64,000 nucleotides of DNA, from the NCBI GenBank assembly GCA_000182565.2, contig KQ257463.1; one strand, given 5' to 3'. Of this stretch, positions 29,905-41,606 are shown one piece after another. A program made the translations under genes and the position numbers. The notes beneath the pieces are model-generated. The model was not told where the DNA came from. It searched no databases and saw nothing but the letters and a program-made list of their open reading frames with translations. Origin of the DNA: Spizellomyces punctatus DAOM BR117 (taxonomy: Eukaryota). Each line of letters opens with the position of its first letter. Position 1 is the stretch's first letter.

Positions 29905-30100
29905 GACGTGAATGACAGCGGATGAAAAAGGTATAGATTGCTCAATTGCTCAAAATGCCGGACGGTTGGCAATTCGTCACAGCGTTGGGATGCGAAGGCT
30001 TGCACGTGAGCCCCAGGCTGCTGCGTAAGCAGACGCGTCCGTCAGTTGGAAAGCTGCTGTTAACCTTGTGCCGCCGGCGGTTCTCCAGCAGAACGTCAAA

Positions 30101-30681
30101 ATGGACTTTACAGATTATGAGAGTTTCCGGCCAAATATGAGTCGGGAGGAGATTTTCGACTGGTTTCAACGCCGGTTGAATCGCCCTCCTGAAGCATATG
30201 ACATATACAAGGTAAGATATTTGTCTAAAGTCTTCGTTCGTCATATTTAACGGACACTTTTGAACAGGTTGCCAAAGACTTTTATCAGCTGGGTGCATAT
30301 TCAAGGGCCTTGGTCTGCCTTCAGCAGTATGTGAGCATTGATTTCAGATCCTGTCTAAATAAATTGCTCGAGTTCCCGGCGGATCAAGCGTTGGCTGACC
30401 CTCGATCTGCAGATAACGCTTCCTGGCGCGTCTATTCCAGGCCGCCATCTGTTAGGGTACTGTTTTCTTAATCTTGGTGAGATTGAAAAAGCATTAAGAG
30501 AGTTCAAGAAATGCGTAAAAGGCATGTGGTCGCCAGGTTTTTATGTGGACCTAAATCATCTGACAGTTGGAGCCGTTGCATAGAGGGATACCATGACGAT
30601 TGGCAACTCGTCGTCGAATTGACAATGGAGATGGAGTCAAAGCGACGAAGGGAACAGGACATGGGCGCAATCCAGGTGTAA
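30101..30681 (+). CDS. Small (about 125 aa) TPR-like protein of unknown function, four exons
   Basis: Spliced MDFTDYESFRPNMSREEIFDWFQRRLNRPPEAYDIYK|VAKDFYQLGAYSRALVCLQQY|ITLPGASIPGRHLLGYCFLNLGEIEKALREFKKCVK|EGYHDDWQLVVELTMEMESKRRREQDMGAIQV*, with two TPR-consensus helix pairs. Confidence 0.75.
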
Positions 30682-30916
30682 ACCAACGAGACGGTGAATA
30701 AAGAGCACTCGCTGTACCGAACTATTTCTTTGCAAAATTGTCGTACGAACAAGTACAAGATACAATGGGTTAATTACCACAAGTATTGCTTCGAATAGGT
30801 GAGACCATATTTCCGCACAAGCGGAACCGGTTTCCAAAACCGCCTCACCTACGAGCCACCACATACACCCAATACAATCACCAATTAAACAATAAGCATT
30901 TTTAAATCTGCCCCTT

Positions 30917-32422
30917 CTACGACGACATTGTCTGCCCACCTTCTCCCGGAACACCCCCACCAGCAGGAGCTGCACCCTGCATAAAGAATGGAACCATTGC
31001 AGGGTTAACCGCTGCTGAAGAACCGTCCTTTTCGGTTTGTCCATCAGTTCCTTGGTCTTTTATTCCAGCTTCCCCAGCGTTACCCACAGGGGGTTGCTGA
31101 GGCTGTTGAGCTGAAGCTTGCTGTTGCTCACCCCACAAGCCGGCCGCCATCCTTGCAAATAGCTGCGCGGCGTTCATTGCGTTCAAACCAGCTCCAGCCA
31201 GGTTCATTCCGGCAGCAGGCGGTGCACCCGGAATTAGAGAGGACAAGAGAAGTTCACGCTCTCTGTCGCTCGCGGCCCTGTACAGATTTTCGCGTTCGGC
31301 ATCCCAGAATGACATTCGAGTCTTCAAGTCTTCCAAAGCGTTGCTGGTTGTGGAATTCCCAGCTTGATCCAAGGATGCTGCCGTATTAGGCGGTTGAGCA
31401 TGTCGAGAAGATGGCGACGACGCTCGCGACAAAGCAAGCAGATCATGAGCAATATCGGTCGGAGAAACTGGGCCGTTTGCCGCATTACCACTTGCTGCTG
31501 CCATGCGCGGATTCAACGAGGCCAGCATTGAGAGGTCGCCGAACGGTGTGGCAGGCAGTGCTCCCGCGGTTGCCTCCATGTCGTTTCCTGACGTTGGGTT
31601 GCCTGAAGCGGCTCCGGGCTTAGTACCCGTTGCGGTTGAGGTGGCGTCAGAGGAGCTGGTCGATCCGCTGATATCCATGGCACCTCCAGCGGCATTGCCA
31701 GCAATGTCGTTTGAGGCAGCCTTGGCAGTAGCGCCATCGGCTTCATCTGAGGCTTTCGCGGTTCCATCCGCATCAGCATCCATTGCTTGTGCTTCGGTTG
31801 CTTTTCCCTCGCCCTCTCCTGTGCTTACTCCACCTGCAGCTTCCCCTTCAGCTCCAGCGGGATTGCTTCCATTGCGCCCACCAACGTCATTCCAAAGAGT
31901 CCAAGCCATTTCTCTCAGTCGTCTGTTTTCAGTTTGACTCTGACGAACCTCCATCCGAAGTGCTTCAACAGCTCTGTAAATCTCTTCCCTCTCCCTCCAC
32001 CATAATTCCCTCTCGCGAACCCACACATCTCTCTCCGCGCTCAATCTGTCAACTATCATCTGGAAGTCGCGGCATTGTTGTTCTGTTTTTTGTAGGAGCG
32101 CGTCCTTGGATATAAGGGATTGGACTTTGGCTTCAAGGTCTTTAATATAATTCTTGCGTCGTTCACGAAAGTTGCGTTGTGCTTCACGATTTTGTTGGGC
32201 CCGACGCGCAGTAACTCGTGAAGGGGCCTTTCCGCCACCAGGTTCCCGGTCATCATAGTCGGCCGAGTTGGAAGAGAGATTTCCCGAGTCGTCCGGCTTT
32301 GGTTGGAGTGACGTCGTCTTGGAATTGCTACTCCCGGGCATATGAAGCCCAGAAGCACCCGGGCCGCTGAGACCAACTGGTGGGGCTGGGGGTAATGCAG
32401 TAGGAGTCGCGTAAGCGCTCAT
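30917..32422 (-). CDS. bZIP transcription factor (Yap/PAP-type basic region), intronless
   Basis: 501-aa ORF with RRAQQNREAQRNFRERRKNYIKDLEAKV followed by an extended coiled coil. Confidence 0.9.
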   Translation of the reverse strand: MSAYATPTALPPAPPVGLSGPGASGLHMPGSSNSKTTSLQPKPDDSGNLSSNSADYDDREPGGGKAPSRVTARRAQQNREAQRNFRERRKNYIKDLEAKVQSLISKDALLQKTEQQCRDFQMIVDRLSAERDVWVRERELWWREREEIYRAVEALRMEVRQSQTENRRLREMAWTLWNDVGGRNGSNPAGAEGEAAGGVSTGEGEGKATEAQAMDADADGTAKASDEADGATAKAASNDIAGNAAGGAMDISGSTSSSDATSTATGTKPGAASGNPTSGNDMEATAGALPATPFGDLSMLASLNPRMAAASGNAANGPVSPTDIAHDLLALSRASSPSSRHAQPPNTAASLDQAGNSTTSNALEDLKTRMSFWDAERENLYRAASDRERELLLSSLIPGAPPAAGMNLAGAGLNAMNAAQLFARMAAGLWGEQQQASAQQPQQPPVGNAGEAGIKDQGTDGQTEKDGSSAAVNPAMVPFFMQGAAPAGGGVPGEGGQTMSS

Positions 32423-32928
32423 GGCGTTCCTTACGAAACTATTGCCGCTTGGTTATGTAAAGACTAAAGTCCGGTTAAGGCGACGTGGTCCACGTCTTTG
32501 CAGAAGCCGATCGGTCGAGTTTTTGACCAATCTGACTTGCTTCAAAAAGGCGTGCAATGGGGCTGTCGATGGCAAAAGACAGTCCCTCAAAAAGCTCTTG
32601 CCAATTGCTTTTCAACAGTCGTTGCCCAGAAGAAAGTGTTCGCGATACCTGAGTCAGAAACGTAGCGTCAGCGCGTTGCTGCAGTTCCGTAAGCGCTTTC
32701 CTCGCCTTCTTGCCCAGCGGGAATCAAGTAAGCAGAAGGTCGGGCCATTACGAGAAGCGTACGGAAGGATTTCCTACGTGTGGCGCATGTTGTTATAGCA
32801 ACAGATCATATGACCAGCAATTCCGCGCATGTGATGTTTTATTATGTAAGCATTGCACGTGACGGTCGCTGAACAGTCCGCTGGGGACGACTGAACACGC
32901 ATTTGCCAACTCATCTGGGACCATAACC

Positions 32929-35900
32929 ATGGCGAGTTCGGCGCGATCGAGCGTCGCTACGCGGAGTGGAGTACCGCAGCGGGACAGAATTTTCAAAGAG
33001 CATGGGACGACAACGACAACGACAACGTCATCAAGTTCGGACGATGAGGATGAACTTGACAATGATGCGGATGACCTGAAGCGACCGAACGTACGCTGGA
33101 CGTCCGAAGAGCAGACTGCCAGTACGTCCTATGCTTTGAAGCGCTTTCCGTACTGAGGGTTATCATATGCGAGATCTAATAGGAATTTCATAGTATTTTC
33201 GTTTTATGGCCTGCAAAATGCATTCCCGCAAACGTGGGGGGAAACACGGGACGAACCTCAAAAAGGACCATCGACCATTACCTCGATCATATCAGGGGAC
33301 GCTTCACCAGCGAGTGCTGATATTCCAACGTTGCCTCACGAAGCAGACACTCCAGTAGATACATCGGACCCACTTGGCATCAGGGATTCCATATTAGGGT
33401 AGGCATGATCAGAGGGAAGGGCTGCCAACAGCAGGGGTGCTGAAAGCTCACTGAGATTCAGTAACATTTGCTGTAATGCGCATATAGGCGTGGAAGGCGC
33501 GGTCGAGGTCCTCTATCAAGAGTGGAAGCGGAACAATGTAAGCTTCGTGAGCCGAAAGCGTAACCAGAGATTCAAGACCTTGCTGACATATTTGAAGATG
33601 GAGCGCTGCTGATTACCAGCAGAAAGTTTGACGCAAAGCATTTCCTCCGAGAAGTTCACAAAACCACTTCGTACCGAGACCTGGAATTGGGCGCAGACCG
33701 CTTACATGCGGCCATCGATCATCGAGAAGATGTTATCAAAAATCTTGTAAAGACGCATTTTGCAAAATTTGTGAGCGCAAAAAGCACCATAGACTGTAGG
33801 TTTGCACGATGGGTATTCTATGGTATGTATGACAGGCACTTATTTTGGCCTCAGCTTTCTACGAGCAAATGCGAACCAAAAATCTCATTTCGTCTGAGGA
33901 TTATGGTGTGGCACCATTCGCAAGATCCATTGAAGGTTTGCATACGCTCATCATGATCGCATGCTGGTGTGACATCTCAAAATTGTATCGCCTTAGCCTT
34001 GAAAGTGGATGCTTCAGCACTATATACACCGCTCTTGGAACGGAGACTGAAGGCTGAAAGAATCAGGACAACCTTGAGCGTGCTAGGTCAATGGAAGTTT
34101 TTCTTCAACCTTCCCAGTGTCTTGCAGGGATACCATTCAAAGGTAGCCATCCTGGAATGCGTTGCAGACGATCTGTTCCATAATGCATTTCTCGCTAGGC
34201 CAAATACGACGCGCTTGTGCGAGACTACCAAAAAGGAAAATACCTCATGGAATCGTCATTTGGCCGCAACAGTCAAAGACTCGGAGTGAAAGCCACAGGC
34301 AAAGAAAAGGATGCCCTTCTTCCCCAAGCCCACCAAAAAGTTTTTGAAAAGGTGTGGAATGAAGCGGAAAACATTGTCTCTGAATGCCGGCGGGAGCTTT
34401 TCCGGCAACTCGGAGAGTCCTGGGTACCATTGGAAAATCAAGAAAGGATAATGACGTAAGTCATCGTCGAGTAATTAGAAGCTGCTGCCTATTCACTCGA
34501 GTATGTAACAACAGATATCTAATCGAGTTGAATGCGGATCCGGATCCTGTTCAGCTGTATGTGGAAAAACAGTATGAATGGATTTTAAGTAGATTGAGGC
34601 AAGCGTACGATAATCACTTGCGGAATTTGGACGGTACAAACGAGTCCACATTTACGCCAAGTCAAGGCTCTGTGCTAATATGTTGGATGCAGATTTAAAC
34701 AAGTGCCAGGGCGATCGTCCACAGCAGTTTACCGTTAGCCAACTCCGGAAGGCCCTGAATTCTGTCCAGTCACAAGAGTTTGAAGAAACTTTCGGTCAGG
34801 AGAATCCGTTCTGTCATGTTGCTGGATGATGCTCATTCATGGTGAAACTGTTTAGGCTATGACATGAATGTGAAGCTCTTCCGTATTACTGTTAGCCTTG
34901 TGAGGACGCTATGTGATATTCTTGGTGACTGCCTTCCTGATTTCTGGAAACTTTGCCGTATATATTGCGAAGGGCGCCTGCAAAAGGTAGGGAAAAGGTT
35001 GATATGGGCAAGGTAATTAGATTAACTCATTTGTCACTTAGACGCGAACGGCAGATGCCGAACTTGGACAGCAACGCTCTAAACGTCGTTTAGACGCACG
35101 GAAAATGGAGCAATGCCAGAAAAGGATTGCAAATATCATTGATCTCTACTCAATGCTGGTGGCCCGAGCATTCTTCCTCGACACGCCGCTGGCGGCATTG
35201 AAATCCATACCCCAGGAAGAAGACCCGCCTTCACGACCATCGATTGCATCTCCCGGAGAAGGTGAGGCGACAAGTTCTACAGCAAGTCCGGAGATTGCTA
35301 CAATTGTCACTCCGGCTACCGACGCTAGTTCTGCGCAGAGCCCCCTGTCCGTGACCACAAGTGACGCTGGGCCCTCTCCGGTGACTGCCATTCTACCACC
35401 TACCCCAATTTCCTACAAATATTCGACATTCCTTACCGCACACCCGTTGGTAGCTTGTTACTATTTTATCAAAATCATGTCGGAATTCGCACAATGCTGC
35501 AGTGAAATCAGAGCCATCAAGATCATTGGAGAAGACAAGCTAATACCTCTATTGGGAATGGGAATGGCCAAAATTCAGCAACGCGCGGTTGAGGTTATCT
35601 GTGAACAGCTAGTGGAAGGTGAGTACGGTAACTCCAGTTCTTTCTTTAAACCGTTATTCATTTTCGATACGTTATGTATCTCCAGAGTCCCGGGAATTCT
35701 ACCGTTACGAGGACTGGTCTTTTGAAATTGACAACGCTACTGTGGATATATCGCGGCCGCTGACGACAAATGCCGCTATTGCAACGGATTCTACGGCACT
35801 TCTTAAGCTTTTCTATCGACTGCACAAGTATGTTATTCGGTGCCTTCACAGAATTGCTTCTGCGCCAGTTATCAGTGGTCCGGAGAGAAGCAAGCAGGAT

Positions 35901-37212
35901 TCTCGTGACACGGCTGCATCAGGGATGGACCGAGCTGCAAGTCGCGACAGCCGTTCGCAAACTCTTGAGCCGGAAGTATCATCGACTCTAGTTAATCAGA
36001 TCCGACTAGCTTTCTACGATAGTCAGTACGCAATCCTTGATGGGCTCGAATGGCTAGCCACCGGATGGAAATGCCCAGCTGTAGCAAGTCCAAGCATGCC
36101 GACAGGCGTTGGCGGCATGGTAGGCGACACGCCCGTAAGAGCAATATTGCCTGGGACAGACCTACAGATATCGTCGTTTGGCGGGGAGGTGAGAGCGGTT
36201 ATGGGGAACGCCCCAGTGTGGAGAAGAAAAGTAAAAGCGGTCGATGTCCGTCAAACGGTAAGCTTACTGTACGGGTTCCATCTCCATCGGCGATGACCAA
36301 TCTGCTTCGTTTCGGATCGTATAGAGCATTCGCGTGATTATCATAATCAGCAATCTTGCCTACATGCGGACGACAGTGGTGCCAAAACTTGTCGCTCTTT
36401 TCCAAGAAAAGTTCAGGGTCACACTTACTTCTGACACAAACGTAAGTGCCCTTGTTTTTGCCACGATTGCGTAAACAAATGCAGGGCAAGAACTCATGTT
36501 TTGGCATTCATTCTCAAGAACCTTCTTGACATTGTCAACCACTTGGACACATTGTTATTCCATAATTACATGAGAAAAATTACTAGGAAGGTTCACGACA
36601 TTGTCCGACAAGGAATTTTATTTTCGGGGCTTGATTGGAATAGTCTTCCCCATCCCCAAGGTATGTTTGTCTCGACGTATGAAAGGTGAAATGCAAATTT
36701 ACTAATCCTGCTGGATCGCAGAGGTTCGTCCTCATTGCTACCGCGTTCTTTTGACCTTGGTCATGGTGCACGCTGAGATCAGTGAGGTGTCACGCCTCCT
36801 AGTGCGACGAGTACTCTCCGAACTCTTTTACCATTTAGCTCAGGACCTGCTGTTGACATTCCGAGCGATTGACAAATTCAGTCCTGGCGGAATGCTCCAA
36901 GCTACCCTCGAAACCGAATTCCTCCATCAAACTCTTACAGCATACGAAACGCCTGCCTCTGCTGCACTCCTCACCCTCATTTACGACACGCTCGAACGGG
37001 GTGTAGATCAACACGAGCTCGCTTTGGCTGAGACGGCACAAGATGGACGTGAGTCGATGAAAGATATGCTGAAAAAGGTCAAGATGTTTTTGGCCGAGGC
37101 AAAGCAGGCAACCGAGGTGGAATTCTCCTGTTTTAGGGAAATTGTTGATGATAGTGAAGGAGAGGAAGACCATGACGGGGGAGGACATGATGCCGAGGAG
37201 GCGTCAAAGTAA
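32929..37212 (+). CDS. SEC5: Exocyst complex component Sec5/EXOC2
   Basis: DPLGI; FDAKHFLREVHKTTSYRDLELG; KNLVKTHFAKFVSAKSTID; KFFFNLP; RDYQKGK; LPDFWKL; LVMVHAE; FSPGGMLQATLETEFLHQTL..Y; T.VEFSCF. Confidence 0.93.
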
Positions 37213-37305
37213 AATAAAATATATATAGTGCATAGTGAGGTGTTACAATACAATACTATTCAATGTGAAGCCTCAGAGCAGAACGTCCACTGGCGAATGT
37301 GCCGT

Positions 37306-38883
37306 TCACGTTTGCTTCAAAAAAATGGTGCCTGCGTCGCCCACGCCAACCAATACATTATGCTCAGGATGACAGTCAATCGAATTGAAGGGAAGCGATG
37401 TGGGACCCTAATGGGAATTTGCATTCAATTGGGTTTCCACCAGACAACCGCATACGAGTACGCTACCAACCTGCATTCGCCGTAGCGAGGCCGTTGTCGT
37501 CACCTCAGGAAAGTAATCTGGTACGCTCGAGTTCCATTGTGTAAAGCTGAATAGGATACACATGGTCCATGGTTATAGTTGCAGCTCGGGACACGACAGA
37601 CACGACCCACACACGCCTACTCACCATATTGTTGAGTCTTCAGCGCAACTAATCACTTCCCCGGGTCGATCAGGGTGAAATCGAACGTCCCAAACTGAAT
37701 CAAGTAAGAGTCAGACATGCAGCAAAGAGCTTGCGAAAACAGGGGACGCGACTTACCGGCCGCGGAGTGGGCAGCCGCTTTGGACAGGCCTGGTTTAGAA
37801 AGGTTGCGAAGGTCCCAGATGGCTACGTTGCCGAGTCGGTCACCTGTTGTTATTTTACCGTGCTTTTGTGAAAATGTAGTGCGTCAAATGATGGGAAGTA
37901 TGCCAATATCTAAGGACGGCAATGTGATTACCAGGGTTGGACTGACGGCAAGGCAGTTTAGACGTACAGGAGTTGGGCTTTGGCTGACGGTAATTGGAAC
38001 GTGAGAAGTATGAGCTGTAGACATGTGGCGATGTGTGCTTACTCTGCTAGTAATCTCCCAGGAGGTTTTTGTCGGCAGTCGAACAATGTGAGATGCCCTG
38101 AACTGCCTGAAATAACCTGCAAAACGACACCCAACACGACAGCGTTAGAGAAGACATACATAATGGCGAGAATGGGTGCACCAGCACTTACAATCTCATT
38201 AACAGTCCGCCACTGGACTCCAGTGATTTCCAGACAGTCGGCGTTGGGAATTTCGTGTATTTTCTCTCCATTCAGCGTACTGACGATCAGTTCTCCATCC
38301 TTCCCCACTACATTCCAACATCAAATTTAAGAATACTCCAATGCAACTTTTGCAGAACACCGTAGATCTCGCGCCAACATACCAGAAGCAATTTCCACAT
38401 CATTCCTTGTTATTGCCGCAACACCCACACAATTGCGACGATGTAATTTCGTCTCATTCACTGTTTTCAACATCCCATTCTTCCCTCTGTGAACGTACAC
38501 AATGCCGTTATTTCCCCCTGTTACAAGAGTTTGGCCATCGGGTAACCAGCATATGTCGGTGACATGGGAGGGATGAGGAAGGGATGTGACGAGATCCAGA
38601 GTGAATTTCCGACGGGAAGGTTCGTCATGGTCTGTTTCAAAGACGGTTGGGAGTCGACAGGCATAGGTTTGGAGTTGTGGGGTTTTGCTCTGAAAAGTTC
38701 CTGTTGCAAAGTAGATCGTGTTGGGATCTCCTGTGGGAGACCAGCGCACTTTATACAATGGACCAGAGCTCGTTGGATAGCTGTAGGTTTGGAGGTGAAT
38801 GAAGGGACGGGACGGGTACAAAGGTTGGTATGGCGTGGTTTCCGGGCTTACCGGAGATCAACGTTCAGATTGCTGGCGGTCAT
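37306..38883 (-). CDS. NUP43: WD40 protein, Nup43-like nucleoporin
   Basis: LYKVRW, VGKDGEL, LNCLAVSP, ITTGDRLGNVAIWDLR, AHSAA|VWTFDFHPDRPGEVISCAEDS, SLPFNSIDC...LVGVGDAGTIF match recalled Nup43 blocks in order. Confidence 0.7.
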
Positions 38884-39155
38884 TGTAGATCAGGTTACGA
38901 TCCCGAAATGATCGGATATGGACGCGCTCATTCATCGACAGTCCACTTTCCCAAATAAAAAAACCTTTCAACGCAACAGCTTCTTTTTTGCATATTTCAA
39001 TTAAGTACAAAGGCACCATCAACCCCTAAAGAACTACCAAACAACTGATGGGAAACTACAAAACTAGCGTATGTCGAATTGTGTATGTACGGGCTGTAAA
39101 CATGGGCACACCAAGGGGAATACATTGCGAGGGATTTCATGTCTCTTTTGGAGCA

Positions 39156-40431
39156 CTACATCATCTTGTGCAATCTCTCGGCAATGGCTAGCTGCGTTCG
39201 GGTCAGGTTGGCAAGGTAGACGACCATGAGAAGATCCTACATTGGAGACAGAATAGAGATGAGGAACAGTCGGAAACAAATCACCAGTGTATTTGCCAAC
39301 TCTCGTACCTGAAGATGACTGCTGAACATCTTTTCAAACTCGTCAGCATCAATACGAGGAACAAGAGAGACCGTGTCCATCAAGAATCGTCCGATTGCAC
39401 TGTTTGCTTGTTCCTTCTTTGTCTACAAGCGCGATTCCATTCAACATTGCTGCTCAAAGGACAGCCATTCTCCGCAACCAGATGCAACCTACCAATACAC
39501 TGTTGACATAGGTTGAAACAGTCTCAATCATGTTTTGTACTTGAAGCACCGATCGCTCCAAGCTGTCCATGTCCGACAGAAGGCCAGCCGTCCGGTCAGG
39601 TGTGTCCTTGGCCATGGAAATAAGATCCACTATAACAGAACCATATCAGACATATCCGTCTCCACTGCATCCCCAACGCGATCTACTCACATCCACTCCG
39701 TTCGGCGTCAAAGTACTTTACGTCACAAGGAATTTGCAGGAACATGCTTCCGGGATGATCTGTTCCCGGTACACCAACTTGAGAGCTACATGACCAGCAT
39801 ATCAGCATAACCACCTCAGGCAAGAAATACGATGCAATCATCTCCTGACCTGACAAATGCTCTACATGCCATCTTGTCATTCGACAGCTTTGTGTCAACA
39901 AGGAGGTGGACAGGTTGGAATGGGGCCGTTTCGTTGGCAAAGAACTCGTGGATCCAAACAGAGTTGGGGTTGATTTCCGTTCCGGTAGCATACCATCCGA
40001 CAATGGTTTCTTTGGAGTTGACGCGTTGGTGGAGGCTGTACATTTGGTTGAGATATTCAGTGTCGACGACGACCTAGTGGGAATGGCAATTTAGTGTCAA
40101 GTACTTCAACACTGTCCCACGGCTGCCTTTTGCTGCCAATATCAACATCTTTTCGCAAGTGCCGATCAGCAAGATCCTTTACCTGTTGATCACTCGTCTC
40201 ACTATGGCTCAACGGGAAGCAGTTTCGAATCTCCACTTCAGACCCATCCTCGCTTCTCACACCCAAAAGAGCTCCGATAACTCGTGGCTGTTGCTCCGGA
40301 CGACGGAGGTAGTGATCGAGAACGGAGAAGAGGACAACGGGACCGACGGAGACGGAGAATGTCGAGGGGGAGGACGTACCGAGGGACGCTGGGGGAAACT
40401 GGAGGTGGAGAAAGGAAGTTGACGTCGGCAT
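39156..40431 (-). CDS. EIF3F: Translation initiation factor 3 subunit F (MPN domain)
   Basis: PVVLFSVLDHYLRR....RVIGALLG..SEDG.EVEIRNCFPL.H.E; MYSLHQRVNSKETIVGWYATG; DLLMVVYLANLTRTQLAIAERL. Confidence 0.93.
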
Positions 40432-40601
40432 GGTCCGTAAATTATCGTCCGTAAATGCCGCTAGGAAATCAACGTTTTTCGTTGCCTTGCTGCCCATTCC
40501 CTTCGTTGGTTCAACTTCTTCCAAGACATAAGCCACGCACGTGAGTCTCACGAGACGCGAGGCTTCGGGCAACTCGCCAGCTGTGAGAAGAAGACTTGAA
40601 A

Positions 40602-40645
40602 GACGACGACGACGACGACGACGGACGACGGACGACGGGGACGAC
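40602..40645. repeat. Imperfect (GAC)n microsatellite in the eIF3f/NUXM divergent intergenic region
   Basis: gacgacgacgacgacgacgacggacgacggacgacggggacgac read directly. Confidence 0.9.
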
Positions 40646-40707
40646 CAAGAAAGTTTTTGTTTTGTGACAAGGTCGACCTCGTTCCTTTTGAAAGTTCAAC
40701 ACTCGCA

Positions 40708-41309
40708 ATGGTCAAGTTTTTCAGCAACCTCCCCGACTCGGACCATGTTCCCTATACGTTCATCACGGATGAGCCACATGTGCGGGATATCGTTCGTTAT
40801 ATGCGGAAAGACGATTTGATGCTCTGGGGAGGAATTGCCGCTGGATTCCCGGCATTGCACTTTGCTTGGGGTGAGTTGACCTTTGGGGTTGGTTTGAGCT
40901 GTGACTGGGCCGCAGCCGAAGCGAGATGCTGCTGCCCCCACTTGAAATGAGGGGATTGAAATGAAAAGGACAATGTCGGCCGATGCTGTACAAGGACTCG
41001 CTATATTGACCCAATATTTTGTTCTTATAGAACGTGCATACCCTTCCTTCCACCCCAAAGTCATGCCGCGCGTTATGGCCATCCAGATCCCATTCTTTGC
41101 TACCTGTGGATTCTTGTTTGCCGCTCAACGGTCCCTCTGTAAGTCATTTTATTCATCCAGTCAACAGCCTTAGATATCTCACATGAGAATCTCTTTCAGT
41201 CCGATTCTGGGGCTGGCGAGAGAACGATATCGAAGTGGCTCGCTGGAATGCAGAGGCGTCGGCTCGTCCGGCACCCGCAAAGAAGGGATGGCAAGACAAC
41301 GATTGGTGA
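40708..41309 (+). CDS. Complex I subunit NUXM (20.9 kDa / NDUFB1 family), three exons
   Basis: PYTFITDEPHVRDIVRYMRKDDL...GFPALHFAW|ERAYPS...GFLFAAQRSL|FRFWGWRENDIEV. Confidence 0.9.
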
Positions 41310-41606
41310 AAGGTGTACAATACGATGTATGGCTCGGCAACATGTGTGGGTCTGACCTAGAGTGCTATTGATGGTATATATATGAACAAAAGAAATAGGA
41401 TACCTTTTACTTTTTTTCGAGACAAGAATGTTGGAAGAAAGGGGATTTAATCAAGCTGTGTGCCAGTCGACAGGATGAGACCAAAAAATATCATTCTCCC
41501 AAGAAGCTCTGCACAAGCAATAGAAGGATATAGGACTCTAGGCGATATCAATGCCCAGCTATCTAATCTGTTTTAGGAAGGTCTAACCTCCGGAGACCAT
41601 CTCCCA

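Noticed and set aside
29905-29960. Upstream in-frame extension giving a mitochondrial insulysin isoform
   Set aside because: An in-frame stop lies 16 codons upstream of the ATG with no intervening ATG.
40602-40645. GAC repeat as a CRISPR-like or coding repeat
   Set aside because: Simple microsatellite with no spacers, in a eukaryotic intergenic region.
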